A stretch of 64,000 nucleotides of DNA from an uncultured delta proteobacterium (GTDB lineage: Bacteria; Myxococcota_A; Polyangia; Fen-1088), in the NCBI GenBank assembly GCA_963755125.1, contig CAVWIP010000010.1, forward strand, positions 64,001 through 128,000. The letters are read 5' to 3'. The position numbers and the translations under genes were made by a program. The notes under the pieces are model-generated. The model had not been told where the DNA came from, did no database searches, and saw only the letters and a list, made by a program, of their open reading frames with translations. Positions 1-9,114 of this stretch are shown in pieces; positions within the stretch are counted from its first letter, which is position 1; each line of letters begins with the position of its first letter.

Positions 1-3000
1 CTTGATGCTGGACAGGGGCGAGGCGCCGGTGCCGCCGTCGTGTCCGCTGATGAGAATGACGTCGGCCTTGGCCTTGGCCACGCCCGCGGCCACCGTGCCC
101 ACGCCCACCTCGGCCACCAGCTTCACGCTGATGCGCGCTTTGTTGTTGGCGCACTTCAGATCATGGATGAGCTGGGCCAGGTCCTCGATGGAATAAATGT
201 CGTGGTGAGGCGGCGGCGAGATCAAGCCGACCCCGGGCGTGGAGTGGCGGACCTTGGCGATCCAGGGATACACCTTGGCGCCGGGAAGCTGGCCGCCCTC
301 GCCGGGCTTCGCGCCCTGGGCCATCTTGATCTGGATCTCGTCGGCACTCACCAAGTACGGGCTGGTCACACCGAAGCGGCCCGAGGCCACCTGCTTGATC
401 GCGCTCTTCATCGAATCGCCGTTGGGCAGCGGCACCCAGCGCGCCGGATCCTCGCCTCCCTCGCCGGTGTTGCTCTTGCCACCAAGGCGATTCATGGCGA
501 TGGCCAGGGTCTCGTGCGCTTCCTTGCTGATCGACCCGTACGACATGGCGCCGGTCTTGAAGCGCTTGACGATCTCCTCGACCGACTCCACCTCGTCCAG
601 CGGCACCGCCGGACGCGGGTGGCGCAGCTCCATCAGGCCGCGCAGGGTGGCCAGGTTCTTCGACTGGTCGTTGATGAGCTGCGCATACTGCTTGTAGACG
701 TCGTAACGTCCGGTGCGCACCGCCACCTGCAGCTTGGAGATCGATTCGGGGTTGAAGAGGTGGTGTTCGCCTTCACTTCTGAAACGATATTCCCCACCGG
801 GGTCCAGTCCGGCCTGGGGCAAGCTGCGGCTGGGGAAAGCCCGGTGGTGCTGACGCCGCACCTCCTCGGCGATGCCGCCCAGATCCAGGCCGCTGATGCG
901 GGAAGCAGTGCCGGCGAAATACTTGTCAACCAGCGACGCGTGAAGCCCGATGGCCTCGAACACCTGTGCCCCGTGGTAGCTCTGCACCGTCGAGATCCCC
1001 ATCTTGGAGATGACCTTGACCAGGCCCTTGCTGATGGCCTTGGCGTAGTTGGCCCGCGCCGTGGCGGTGTCGACCCGGATGATCCCTTCGCCGGCCAGGA
1101 TCTCGATGACCTCGAGGGCCAGGTAGGGATTGACCGCGCTGGCGCCGTAGCCGATGAGCAGGCAGAAATCGTGAACCTCGCGCGGCTCGCCGCTCTCCAC
1201 CACCAGGCAGGTGCGCGTGCGCGTGCCCTCGCGCAGCAGGTGATGGTGCACGGCCGCGCAGGACAGCAGCGACGGAATGGGCGCGTGCTCGCGGTCGAAC
1301 CCGCGGTCCGACAGGATGAGAATCTCATAGCCTTCGCGCACGACGGCCGCCGCCTCGGCACACAGCCTGTCCAGCGCTTGCGCCAAACCCTGCTCGCCCC
1401 CGGCCACGCGGAACACCGTGGCCAGGGTGCGCGCCCGGAAGCCGTGCCAGCCGTCGAGCGCGCGCAGCTTGTCCATCTCGTCGTTGAAGATCACCGGCGA
1501 GCGTAGCTCGATCTGGCGGGCGGAAGCGGGTTGCGGGTCGAACAGGTTGTGCTCGGGACCCATGGTGGTACCGGCCGCCATGATCAGCTCCTCGCGGATG
1601 GCGTCCACCGGCGGGTTGGTCACCTGAGCGAAGAGCTGCTTGAAGTAGTTGAACAGGCTCTGGGGACGACTGGAGAGGATGGCGAGCGGCGTGTCCGTGC
1701 CCATGGAGCCGATGGCCTCGCCCCCGGTCTCCACCATGGGCTGCAACAGCCGCAGCACCTCGGCGGTGTAGCCAAAGACGTTCTGGCGCAGCTCCAGCGT
1801 CTCGCGATCCGCCAACGGTGTCACGGGAGCCGGCGGTAGATCCTTCATGTGAACCCGCTGCGTCTCCACCCATTGCGAGTAGGGCAACTCGGCCGCAACC
1901 CTGGCCTTGATCTCCTCATCCGAGACGATGCGCTTCTGCGAGGTGTCCACCAGGAACATGCGGCCCGGCTGGATGCGGCCCTTCTGCACGATCTTGTCGG
2001 CGGGGATGTCGAGCACGCCGGTCTCCGAGGCCATCACCACCAGGCCATCGCTGGTGAGGGTATAGCGCAAGGGGCGCAGCCCGTTGCGATCAAGCACGGC
2101 GCCGATCTGCACACCGTCGGTGAAACAGATCGCGGCCGGGCCGTCCCATGGCTCCATCAGGCACGAGTGGTATTCGTAGAACGCGCGCTTGTCCGGGCTC
2201 ATGGTCTTGTGCTTGTGCCACGGCTCCGGGATCATCATCATCACCGCGTGGGGCAGGCTGCGGCCGCCGACGACCAGGGTTTCCAGCACGTTGTCGAACA
2301 TGGCCGAATCGCTGCCCTCCTGGTCGACCACCGGGTGCAGCCTTTCAATATCGGCGCCAAACAGCGGCGAGGCCAGATCGTGCTCGCGCGCCGACATCCA
2401 GTTCACGTTGCCCCGCAGGGTGTTGATCTCGCCGTTATGGGCGATCACCCGGTAGGGATGGGCGCGCGACCAACTGGGGAAGGTGTTGGTGGAGAAGCGC
2501 GAGTGCACCAGAGCCAGCGCGGATTCCAGGGACAGCTCGGACAGATCGGGGAAGAACGTGTCGAGTTGGTCGGCATTGAGCATGCCCTTGTAGACCAGGG
2601 TCCGGCACGACAGGCTCGCGATGTAGAAGGCCTTGCGTCCGCCAAGATCGCTTGCCCGCACCAGCTTCTCGGCGGTGCGGCGTATCAGCACGAGGCGGCG
2701 CTCGAAATCCGCGTCGTTGGTGAGCGCCGCAGGCCGGTCCACGAAGACCTGGGCCATGGCGGGCCGCGATTCCAGCGCGGTCTTGCCCAGGCCAGTCGGG
2801 TTGGTGGGAACCTCGCGCCAGCCGATCACCTTGTGCCCCATCTCGCTGGCGCCCATCTCGAAGAGGCTCCGGCAGGCGGCGGCCTCTGCTGGCTCGCGCG
2901 GCAGAAAGACCATGCCGGCCGCATACTGCCCGGCGGGCGGCAACTCGATGCCGATGTTGGCGGTCACGCTGCGCAGGAAGGCGTCAGGAAGCTGGACCAG

Positions 3001-3222
3001 AATCCCGGCGCCGTCGCCCGTGTTCTCCTCGGAGCCGCTGGCGCCTCGGTGGCCCAGATTCTCCAGAACTCGAATGCCGTCACGCACGATCCGGTGCGAC
3101 TTTCCGCCTGCGACGTCCACCACGAAGCCCACGCCGCAGGCCTCGCGCTCGTTGGCCGGATCGTACAGTCCTTGCCGCTGCGGAGCGTCGTCGGGAGTCT
3201 TTGGGAATTCGTCGCTCTTCAT
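1..3222 (-). CDS. gltB: Glutamate synthase large subunit (3' part runs off the window start)
   Basis: Hand translation from the ATG at 3222 gives MKSDEF...[19 protein letters not shown]...[20 protein letters not shown] (Ntn Cys motif). At the window edge it reads [18 protein letters not shown] (FMN domain). It is missing from the ORF track because its stop lies outside the window. Confidence 0.97.
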   Translation of the reverse strand, partial: MKSDEFPKTPDDAPQRQGLYDPANEREACGVGFVVDVAGGKSHRIVRDGIRVLENLGHRGASGSEENTGDGAGILVQLPDAFLRSVTANIGIELPPAGQYAAGMVFLPREPAEAAACRSLFEMGASEMGHKVIGWREVPTNPTGLGKTALESRPAMAQVFVDRPAALTNDADFERRLVLIRRTAEKLVRASDLGGRKAFYIASLSCRTLVYKGMLNADQLDTFFPDLSELSLESALALVHSRFSTNTFPSWSRAHPYRVIAHNGEINTLRGNVNWMSAREHDLASPLFGADIERLHPVVDQEGSDSAMFDNVLETLVVGGRSLPHAVMMMIPEPWHKHKTMSPDKRAFYEYHSCLMEPWDGPAAICFTDGVQIGAVLDRNGLRPLRYTLTSDGLVVMASETGVLDIPADKIVQKGRIQPGRMFLVDTSQKRIVSDEEIKARVAAELPYSQWVETQRVHMKDLPPAPVTPLADRETLELRQNVFGYTAEVLRLLQPMVETGGEAIGSMGTDTPLAILSSRPQSLFNYFKQLFAQVTNPPVDAIREELIMAAGTTMGPEHNLFDPQPASARQIELRSPVIFNDEMDKLRALDGWHGFRARTLATVFRVAGGEQGLAQALDRLCAEAAAVVREGYEILILSDRGFDREHAPIPSLLSCAAVHHHLLREGTRTRTCLVVESGEPREVHDFCLLIGYGASAVNPYLALEVIEILAGEGIIRVDTATARANYAKAISKGLVKVISKMGISTVQSYHGAQVFEAIGLHASLVDKYFAGTASRISGLDLGGIAEEVRRQHHRAFPSRSLPQAGLDPGGEYRFRSEGEHHLFNPESISKLQVAVRTGRYDVYKQYAQLINDQSKNLATLRGLMELRHPRPAVPLDEVESVEEIVKRFKTGAMSYGSISKEAHETLAIAMNRLGGKSNTGEGGEDPARWVPLPNGDSMKSAIKQVASGRFGVTSPYLVSADEIQIKMAQGAKPGEGGQLPGAKVYPWIAKVRHSTPGVGLISPPPHHDIYSIEDLAQLIHDLKCANNKARISVKLVAEVGVGTVAAGVAKAKADVILISGHDGGTGASPLSSIK

Positions 3223-3329
3223 CGGTCGTTCTCTGGGGGATTGCATCCGTCTTCTTTAGATGAAGCCTAGCGCCCAGGCGATTGCTGTGAAACCGCTCCG
3301 TCCGATGACGCGGTGGATTTTTCTCATCC

Positions 3330-3397
3330 GCAACACATTGGAAACATATCGGGAACAATGCCAATGCGCGTGCCCGACGTCGAAACAATGCGGGAAT
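3330..3397. promoter_or_regulatory. Putative GlnR-box-like direct repeats in the gltB/regulator divergent region
   Basis: GCAAC-n6-GAAAC-n6-GGAAC at 3330-3356 and GAAAC-n6-GGAAT at 3382-3397. The 11-bp period resembles the actinobacterial GlnR box gTnAc-n6-GaAAc. Confidence 0.55.
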
Positions 3398-3451
3398 ACT
3401 TCTACCCGTAGTGACTATTGTTTTCGTCCCTGCTACCCTGTGTTTCCAAAG

Positions 3452-4144
3452 ATGCGTGCAGTCGTCGTCATGTCAAGGCCGCAGGTCGGCGCAGCCGAAG
3501 TGGACTCGCCTGCGGCCGCCCTGCGTGAGCTGGGCTGCGAAGTGGTTCCGGTTGGCTACGATCTGGACGACCTGCCCGACGATCTGGAGCACATCCGTCC
3601 CGCCGTGGTCGTGGTGGACGCAGGCCCTTACCTGGAAGTGGGCCGCGCGGTGGTCAAGCACGCCAAGCAGATCCCAACCCTGGCCGAGGTGCCCATTCTC
3701 CTTTGCATCGAGGTTTCGCGACTGCCCGGCCTCGATCCAGAGCTGGGCATGGATGACTTCGTCCTATCGCCCATCGTGGGGCCGGAACTCTACGCGCGGG
3801 TACGCCAGCTCGACTGGCGGCTGTCTTCTTTCTCGGCTTCCGGCCGGGTCAAGTTGGGCGACCTCGTCATCGACACGGTGGCCGTCGAGGCCAGCTACCG
3901 CAGCCGCATACTCAAGCTGCCCCGGCAGGAATTCCAGCTCCTCAAGTTTCTGGCCGTGGGCGCTGGCCGGGTGTTCACGCGCGAGCAACTGCTTTCGCGC
4001 GTGTGGGGCTACCGTTACACTGGCAACACGCGCACGGTTGACATCCACGTTCGCCGGCTGCGCGCCAAGCTGGGACCTGGCGCCGAGATGATCGAGACAG
4101 TGCGCCACGTGGGCTACAAGATGCGTGCACCAGGCGCGTCGTGA
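3452..4144 (+). CDS. OmpR-family winged-helix response regulator with atypical receiver (GlnR-like)
   Basis: C-terminal VFTREQLLSRVWGYRYTGNTRTVDIHVRRLRAKLG...IETVRHVGY. The receiver keeps VVVVD but lacks the N-terminal acidic pair and the conserved Lys (DDFVLSP). ATG 3452 preferred over 3260. Confidence 0.9.
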   Translation: MRAVVVMSRPQVGAAEVDSPAAALRELGCEVVPVGYDLDDLPDDLEHIRPAVVVVDAGPYLEVGRAVVKHAKQIPTLAEVPILLCIEVSRLPGLDPELGMDDFVLSPIVGPELYARVRQLDWRLSSFSASGRVKLGDLVIDTVAVEASYRSRILKLPRQEFQLLKFLAVGAGRVFTREQLLSRVWGYRYTGNTRTVDIHVRRLRAKLGPGAEMIETVRHVGYKMRAPGAS

Positions 4145-5025
4145 CCAAAAAGGTTACAGCCAAACACAAACGGATCCGCGCTGCCTTTCAGGGCGAGCAC
4201 GGTGCTTTCTCCGAGGAGGCGGCCCGCCGCTTCCTCGGGTCACGGCTGCAGTCTGTGCCCCAGCGTGAATTCGACGATATGTTCGACGCGGTGGTGCGGG
4301 GAGATGCTGATTGCGCGGTGGTGCCGGTCGAGAACACCCTGGCTGGCTCGGTCATCAAGAACTACGACCTTTTGGTGGGCTATGACCTCACCATCATCGG
4401 CGAGGTGGTGCTGCGCGTCGCGCACAACCTGATCGCCCCCCGCGGTGTGAGACTCGGCGACGTGCGCCGCGTGTTCTCGCACCCGGTGGCGTTGGCCCAG
4501 TGCGAGGATTATCTGCGCAAGCTGCGACAGCAGATCCCCAGCCTGGAGGTGTTGCCCGCGTACGACACGGCCGGCGCAGTGAAGATGGTGGTGAAGAACG
4601 GGCGGCGCGACGAGGCCGCCATCGCGAGCGAGAGCGCCGCCGAGGTCTTCGCAGCGCACATCCTGGCCGCGGGCATCGAAAGCAACCCGCACAACTTCAC
4701 CCGTTTCTTCGTCATGGCCCGACCCGACCGCGTGGCGCGCATTCCCATCGCTGGCAAGGGGAAAGAACGCAAGACCAGCCTGGTGTTTCGCATCGCCAAC
4801 CGGCCGGGCTCGCTGTACGCCTCGCTCTACGCTTTTGCCGCGGAACAGGTCGACCTGACCAAGATCGAGTCGCGTCCCATCGTGGGCCGACCCTGGGAGT
4901 ATTCCTTCTACCTGGACTTCATCGGCGACCGCAAAGACGCCAACGTGCGCCGCGCGCTGGCCGCCCTGGCCGGCGCCGCCGAGAGCGTGCGCATCTTCGG
5001 GTCGTATCCACGGGCAGAAATCTAG
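4141..5025 (+). CDS. pheA: Prephenate dehydratase (PDT-ACT)
   Basis: AFQGEHGAFSEEA, PVENTLAGSV, SHPVALAQC, NFTRF catalytic motif, ACT motif LTKIESRP; GTGA overlap with the upstream gene. Confidence 0.95.
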   Translation: MTKKVTAKHKRIRAAFQGEHGAFSEEAARRFLGSRLQSVPQREFDDMFDAVVRGDADCAVVPVENTLAGSVIKNYDLLVGYDLTIIGEVVLRVAHNLIAPRGVRLGDVRRVFSHPVALAQCEDYLRKLRQQIPSLEVLPAYDTAGAVKMVVKNGRRDEAAIASESAAEVFAAHILAAGIESNPHNFTRFFVMARPDRVARIPIAGKGKERKTSLVFRIANRPGSLYASLYAFAAEQVDLTKIESRPIVGRPWEYSFYLDFIGDRKDANVRRALAALAGAAESVRIFGSYPRAEI

Positions 5026-5029
5026 GGGA

Positions 5030-5923
5030 ATGCTCCGCATCGATTTGACCGGAAAGCGCGCGCTGATCGCTGGCGTGGCGGACGACAGCGGCTTCGGCTT
5101 CGCCATCGCCAAGGCGCTGGCCGAGGCTGGCGCGACCGTATGCCTCGCCACCTGGCCCCCGGTGCTGGGCATCTTCCGCTCGCTGCTCGAACGCGGCAAG
5201 CTTGACGAGTCGCTGCGTCTGTCAGACGGCAGCAGGCTCGCCTTCGAACGCATCTGGCCGATGGATGCCGACTTCGACAGCGACGCGGATGTGCCTTCTT
5301 CCGTGCGCGAGCACCGACGTTATCGCGACTGCGGCGACTTCAGCATCGCGGGCCTGGCGAACCGGCTGCAGGCGGACTTCGGCGCTTCGTGCCTCGACAT
5401 TGTGGTGCACAGCCTAGCCAACGGCCCCGAGGTGAAAAAGCCACTCCTCGAAACCAGTCGCAAGGGCTACCTGGCCGCGGTGGGGACGAGCAGCTTCTCC
5501 TTCGCCTCGATGGTGCAGCGACTCGGCCCGCTGATTCGGCCGGGTGGTTCGTTCCTGGCGCTGTCCTACCTGGCCAGCGAGCGCGTCGTGCCAGGCTACG
5601 GGGGGGGCATGGGGTCGGCCAAGGCCGCGCTGGAAAGCGACGCGCGCGTGCTCGCCTTCGAGGCTGGCCGCAAGTGGGGGTTGCGCGTGAACGCGATCTC
5701 CGCCGGCCCCTGGGCCTCGCGCGCGGCCAGCGCCATCGGCTCGATCCAACAAATGATCGACTACTGCCGTATCAATTCACCCTTGCCCCAGGCTATCACC
5801 GCGGCCGAGGTGGGCACAGTCGCAGCTTTTCTGTCGAGCCCGCTCGCCTCGGGCATCACCGCCAGCACCGTCTACGTCGACAAGGGCTATCACGCCATGG
5901 GCATGGCCGTCTCGCCGCCGTGA
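5030..5923 (+). CDS. fabI: Enoyl-ACP reductase (chlamydial/plastid-type FabI)
   Basis: IDLTGKRALIAGVADDSGFGFAIAK, WPP, VHSLANGPEV, YGGGMGSAKAALES, YVDKG. Confidence 0.93.
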   Translation: MLRIDLTGKRALIAGVADDSGFGFAIAKALAEAGATVCLATWPPVLGIFRSLLERGKLDESLRLSDGSRLAFERIWPMDADFDSDADVPSSVREHRRYRDCGDFSIAGLANRLQADFGASCLDIVVHSLANGPEVKKPLLETSRKGYLAAVGTSSFSFASMVQRLGPLIRPGGSFLALSYLASERVVPGYGGGMGSAKAALESDARVLAFEAGRKWGLRVNAISAGPWASRAASAIGSIQQMIDYCRINSPLPQAITAAEVGTVAAFLSSPLASGITASTVYVDKGYHAMGMAVSPP

Positions 5924-5983
5924 GCGGCGAGCGGAACCGCCAAAGTGTGCCTCCGCCCGGCCACCTGATAAGCTTGGCCCCGC

Positions 5984-8044
5984 ATGAACAAAGAGCCCGC
6001 CAAGGCCGCCCTGAAGGAACTGCGCCAACGTCTGAATCAGGTGGACGATGACATGGTCCGACTGCTGGCCAAGCGGCTGGAGACGGTCGCTCTCATCGCA
6101 AAAGAGAAGGCCGGCTCGACCCAGGCCATTCGGGATCCAGAACGCGAACGCGAGGTTTTGACGCGCGTCGAGACTCTGGCCCAGTCGCTGGGCCTGTCGG
6201 CTCCCCTGGCGCGCAAGATCTTCTCCGAGATCATCAGCTACTCGGTCAGCCGGCAGGTGGCCTCGCTGGCCGGGAGCGAGGGTGAAGCTACGGAGGTTGC
6301 GGTCGCCTACCAGGGCTCTTCGCTCACTTACAACAACCTGGCCGCTGAACAGTTCGTGGCCAGTCAGGGATTGGCAGGACGTTTCGTGGGCTTGCCCACG
6401 CTCAAGCAGGTCATCGACGCGCTGGCGTCCGGCGCGGTCGATCTTGCCTTTCTGCCCATCGAGAACACGGTCGCAGGCAGCATCAATCAGGTGTACGACG
6501 TCTTGCGCGAGCAAGATCTGCACATCGTGGGCGAAGAATCGTACCGTGTCGAGCTGTGCCTGGCAGCCACCGCCGATGTGCCCACCTCCGCGCTGCGACG
6601 GATCCTGTCTCACCCGCTGGCGCTCGATCAGTGCTACGCCTTCGTCGCGGCCCTGCCGCAAGCACGCGCCGAGCCCTTCCTCGACACCCGCGAGGCCATG
6701 CGCGCGGTGGCGGAAGCCAAGGACCCGACCTTGGCCGCCATCGGCTCTCCCGAGGCGGCGGCAGCGCACGAACTGCACATCTTGAACCGCAACGTGGGCA
6801 ACCAGGACGAGATCCTCATGCGCTACGTGGCGCTGGCCCGTGCGCCCGTTGCGGTGGACGTGCGCGTGCCCTGCAAGACCAGCCTGATCCTATCCACCCG
6901 GCACGAAAAAGGCGCGCTGCTGAACTGCCTGCACATCCTGGCCGAGTACGGGCTGAGCATGACCAAGTTGGAATCGCGTCCACGACCAAACCGGCCCTGG
7001 GAGTACATGTTCTTCATCGACTTCGAGGGCAACGTGGCGCAAGAGAGGACTGCCCTGGCGCTCGAAGCCCTGCGCAGCGAGGCGCTCTACTTGAAGATCC
7101 TCGGCTGCTATCCTGCCAAGGCCACGCCTGACGAGGCCCAGACCACCAGCCTGCCTGAGGCCGCCGGGGTCGTGCCTGTCGAGGCACCGACCACCGTTGT
7201 GCCCGCTGGCCGGCCCACGCCCAGCCCGCCGCGAGTGCGCGCCTCCAAACACTACCGGCTTGCTGACCGTGCCACCCATCCCGAGGATACCGTCATCCGT
7301 GTGGGCTCGCTGCTCATCGGCGGCACCGGGTTCGTGGTCATTGCCGGTCCTTGCTCAGTGGAATCGGAAGACCAGATCAACCGCACCGCGCTCTATGTGC
7401 GCGAGCAAGGGGCGCACATCCTGCGCGGGGGCGTGTTCAAGCCGCGCACAGGCCCCTATGCCTTCCAGGGGCTGGGCCGCGACGGGCTAGACCTGCTGGC
7501 CGCCGCCGGCAAGGCCGCTGGCCTGCCCGTCATCACCGAGGTGATGACCATCGATCAGGTACACCCGGTAGCCGAGAAGTCGGACATCCTGCAGATCGGC
7601 GCGCGCAACATGCAGAATTTCCCGCTGCTGTCAGCGGTGGGCAAGGTGGACCGGCCGGTGCTGCTCAAGCGTGGCCTGTCGAGCACCATTGAGGAATGGC
7701 TGGCGGCTGCCGAATACATCCTGGCGCAGGGCAACGGCCAGGTCATGCTGTGCGAGCGAGGCATTCGCACCTTCGAGAGCGCCACCCGCAACACGCTGGA
7801 TCTGTCCGCCGTGGTGGTGCTGCGCGAGCGCACCCACCTGCCCATCGTGGTGGATCCAAGCCACGGCACTGGCAAGCGTCCCTACGTGGCGCCCATGGCC
7901 TGGGCCGCGCGCGCCTGCGGCGCTCATGGCATCAGCATTGAGGTTCACCCCGACCCCGACAAGGCGCTTTCCGACGGCGACCAGAGCCTGAACTTTCCGG
8001 AGTTCAAGGCCCTGATGGAGGGCCTGAGTCGCGTGCGGGTGTAG
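5984..8044 (+). CDS. Fusion of AroQ chorismate mutase, PDT-like/ACT domains and type I-beta DAHP synthase
   Basis: N-terminal [20 protein letters not shown]...RDPERE; middle [27 protein letters not shown]-terminal [48 protein letters not shown]. Confidence 0.93.
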   Translation: MNKEPAKAALKELRQRLNQVDDDMVRLLAKRLETVALIAKEKAGSTQAIRDPEREREVLTRVETLAQSLGLSAPLARKIFSEIISYSVSRQVASLAGSEGEATEVAVAYQGSSLTYNNLAAEQFVASQGLAGRFVGLPTLKQVIDALASGAVDLAFLPIENTVAGSINQVYDVLREQDLHIVGEESYRVELCLAATADVPTSALRRILSHPLALDQCYAFVAALPQARAEPFLDTREAMRAVAEAKDPTLAAIGSPEAAAAHELHILNRNVGNQDEILMRYVALARAPVAVDVRVPCKTSLILSTRHEKGALLNCLHILAEYGLSMTKLESRPRPNRPWEYMFFIDFEGNVAQERTALALEALRSEALYLKILGCYPAKATPDEAQTTSLPEAAGVVPVEAPTTVVPAGRPTPSPPRVRASKHYRLADRATHPEDTVIRVGSLLIGGTGFVVIAGPCSVESEDQINRTALYVREQGAHILRGGVFKPRTGPYAFQGLGRDGLDLLAAAGKAAGLPVITEVMTIDQVHPVAEKSDILQIGARNMQNFPLLSAVGKVDRPVLLKRGLSSTIEEWLAAAEYILAQGNGQVMLCERGIRTFESATRNTLDLSAVVVLRERTHLPIVVDPSHGTGKRPYVAPMAWAARACGAHGISIEVHPDPDKALSDGDQSLNFPEFKALMEGLSRVRV

Positions 8045-9100
8045 CTAGACGTCGAGGATACGCGCCCGTTCCCGTCGGGTCGCACAGACCGCCCGGTGCA
8101 GTGCCCATTGCCCACGCGCGCGCGCCAGGTTGTGCTCGCCGCGACCGGGATAGCGATCGGGCGCCCAGCCGAAATACGATTCCAGCAACGCATCGGCCGC
8201 AAAGCGCGCCGCCAGTTCGAGGCTGATCCATTCGACCCCGTGCAGACAGGCGCGACGCTCATCGAGGCCCAGCGGCCGGCCCAAGGCATCGTGGAACCCT
8301 TCGAAAGACGCCCGGAAGATGTCCAGGTCGAACCGGGCTTGGCTCGCGTCCTCGGGGCTGCGGTTGCACCACGAGCGCCACGCATCCCCCAACTCGTGGG
8401 CCAGCGCCATGGGTCCCACCGTGTCCAGGTCAATCAGGCATAGTGCCTGCTCGGCCGCGGGCAGCTCGCGGCCGGCAAACAGGATGTTGTTCAGTTTCGG
8501 ATCGCCATGGCACACGCACCTGGGCAGGCTAGGCAGGGGCGGCAGTTCACCGGCCGCGGCAAGCAAGTCGGCGGCCAAGACGCCGACCTCTCGGCAGAGG
8601 CGATGGTCCTTGTGGGCGTCCAGCGCCTCGCGAAGCCTGGCCAGGTGCTGGGCGGTATCGTGTACGCCCGCGCGCATGCCCACGAATTCGTGGTCGAGCC
8701 CGTCGAGCGCGCGATGAAACCGCGCGACCAGGCCGCCGGCAGCGCGCGCCTGGCCCAGGCTGGCCACCATGTCGAAGGACACACCGTCGACGTACGTCTG
8801 CAGCCGCCACAGCCCGTCCTCGACGCCCAGGTCGACGGACAGATAGCCGTCCCGGGTCGGGACCAGGCGCGGCGTGGTCATACCCAGGTCGGCCAGCCGC
8901 CGGGTAACCGCCTCGATGTTGTCGTTGACCGCGGCGGAGAAGACAGGATTCAGCCGTTGCAGCACGAAGCGCGCATCGCCGCGACTGACGAGGTAGGTCT
9001 GGTTGACCAGGCCTCTGCCGAGAGGCGTAGCCTGGGCGCCGTCCGTTCCCAGATAGCGGGGCAGGACACGCGCCCGGATGAGCTGGGCCTGGAGTTCCAC
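8045..9100 (-). CDS. APH/choline-kinase-fold phosphotransferase (N-acetylhexosamine 1-kinase-like)
   Basis: GRGLVNQTY, FVLQRLN, HGDPKLNNILF (Brenner motif), IDLDT. GTG start at 9100 chosen because the ORF-track extension overlaps the next gene. Confidence 0.8.
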   Translation of the reverse strand: MELQAQLIRARVLPRYLGTDGAQATPLGRGLVNQTYLVSRGDARFVLQRLNPVFSAAVNDNIEAVTRRLADLGMTTPRLVPTRDGYLSVDLGVEDGLWRLQTYVDGVSFDMVASLGQARAAGGLVARFHRALDGLDHEFVGMRAGVHDTAQHLARLREALDAHKDHRLCREVGVLAADLLAAAGELPPLPSLPRCVCHGDPKLNNILFAGRELPAAEQALCLIDLDTVGPMALAHELGDAWRSWCNRSPEDASQARFDLDIFRASFEGFHDALGRPLGLDERRACLHGVEWISLELAARFAADALLESYFGWAPDRYPGRGEHNLARARGQWALHRAVCATRRERARILDV

Positions 9101-9114
9101 GCCGATCAGCGCGA

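Noticed and set aside
40..3270. Long plus-strand ORFs 40-1506 and 1849-3270
   Set aside because: They are antisense shadows of gltB caused by high-GC codon bias and show no recognisable motifs.
8045..9100. Aminoglycoside resistance gene
   Set aside because: The APH fold alone is not evidence. The motifs fit sugar-kinase-like members better, and there is no mobile context.
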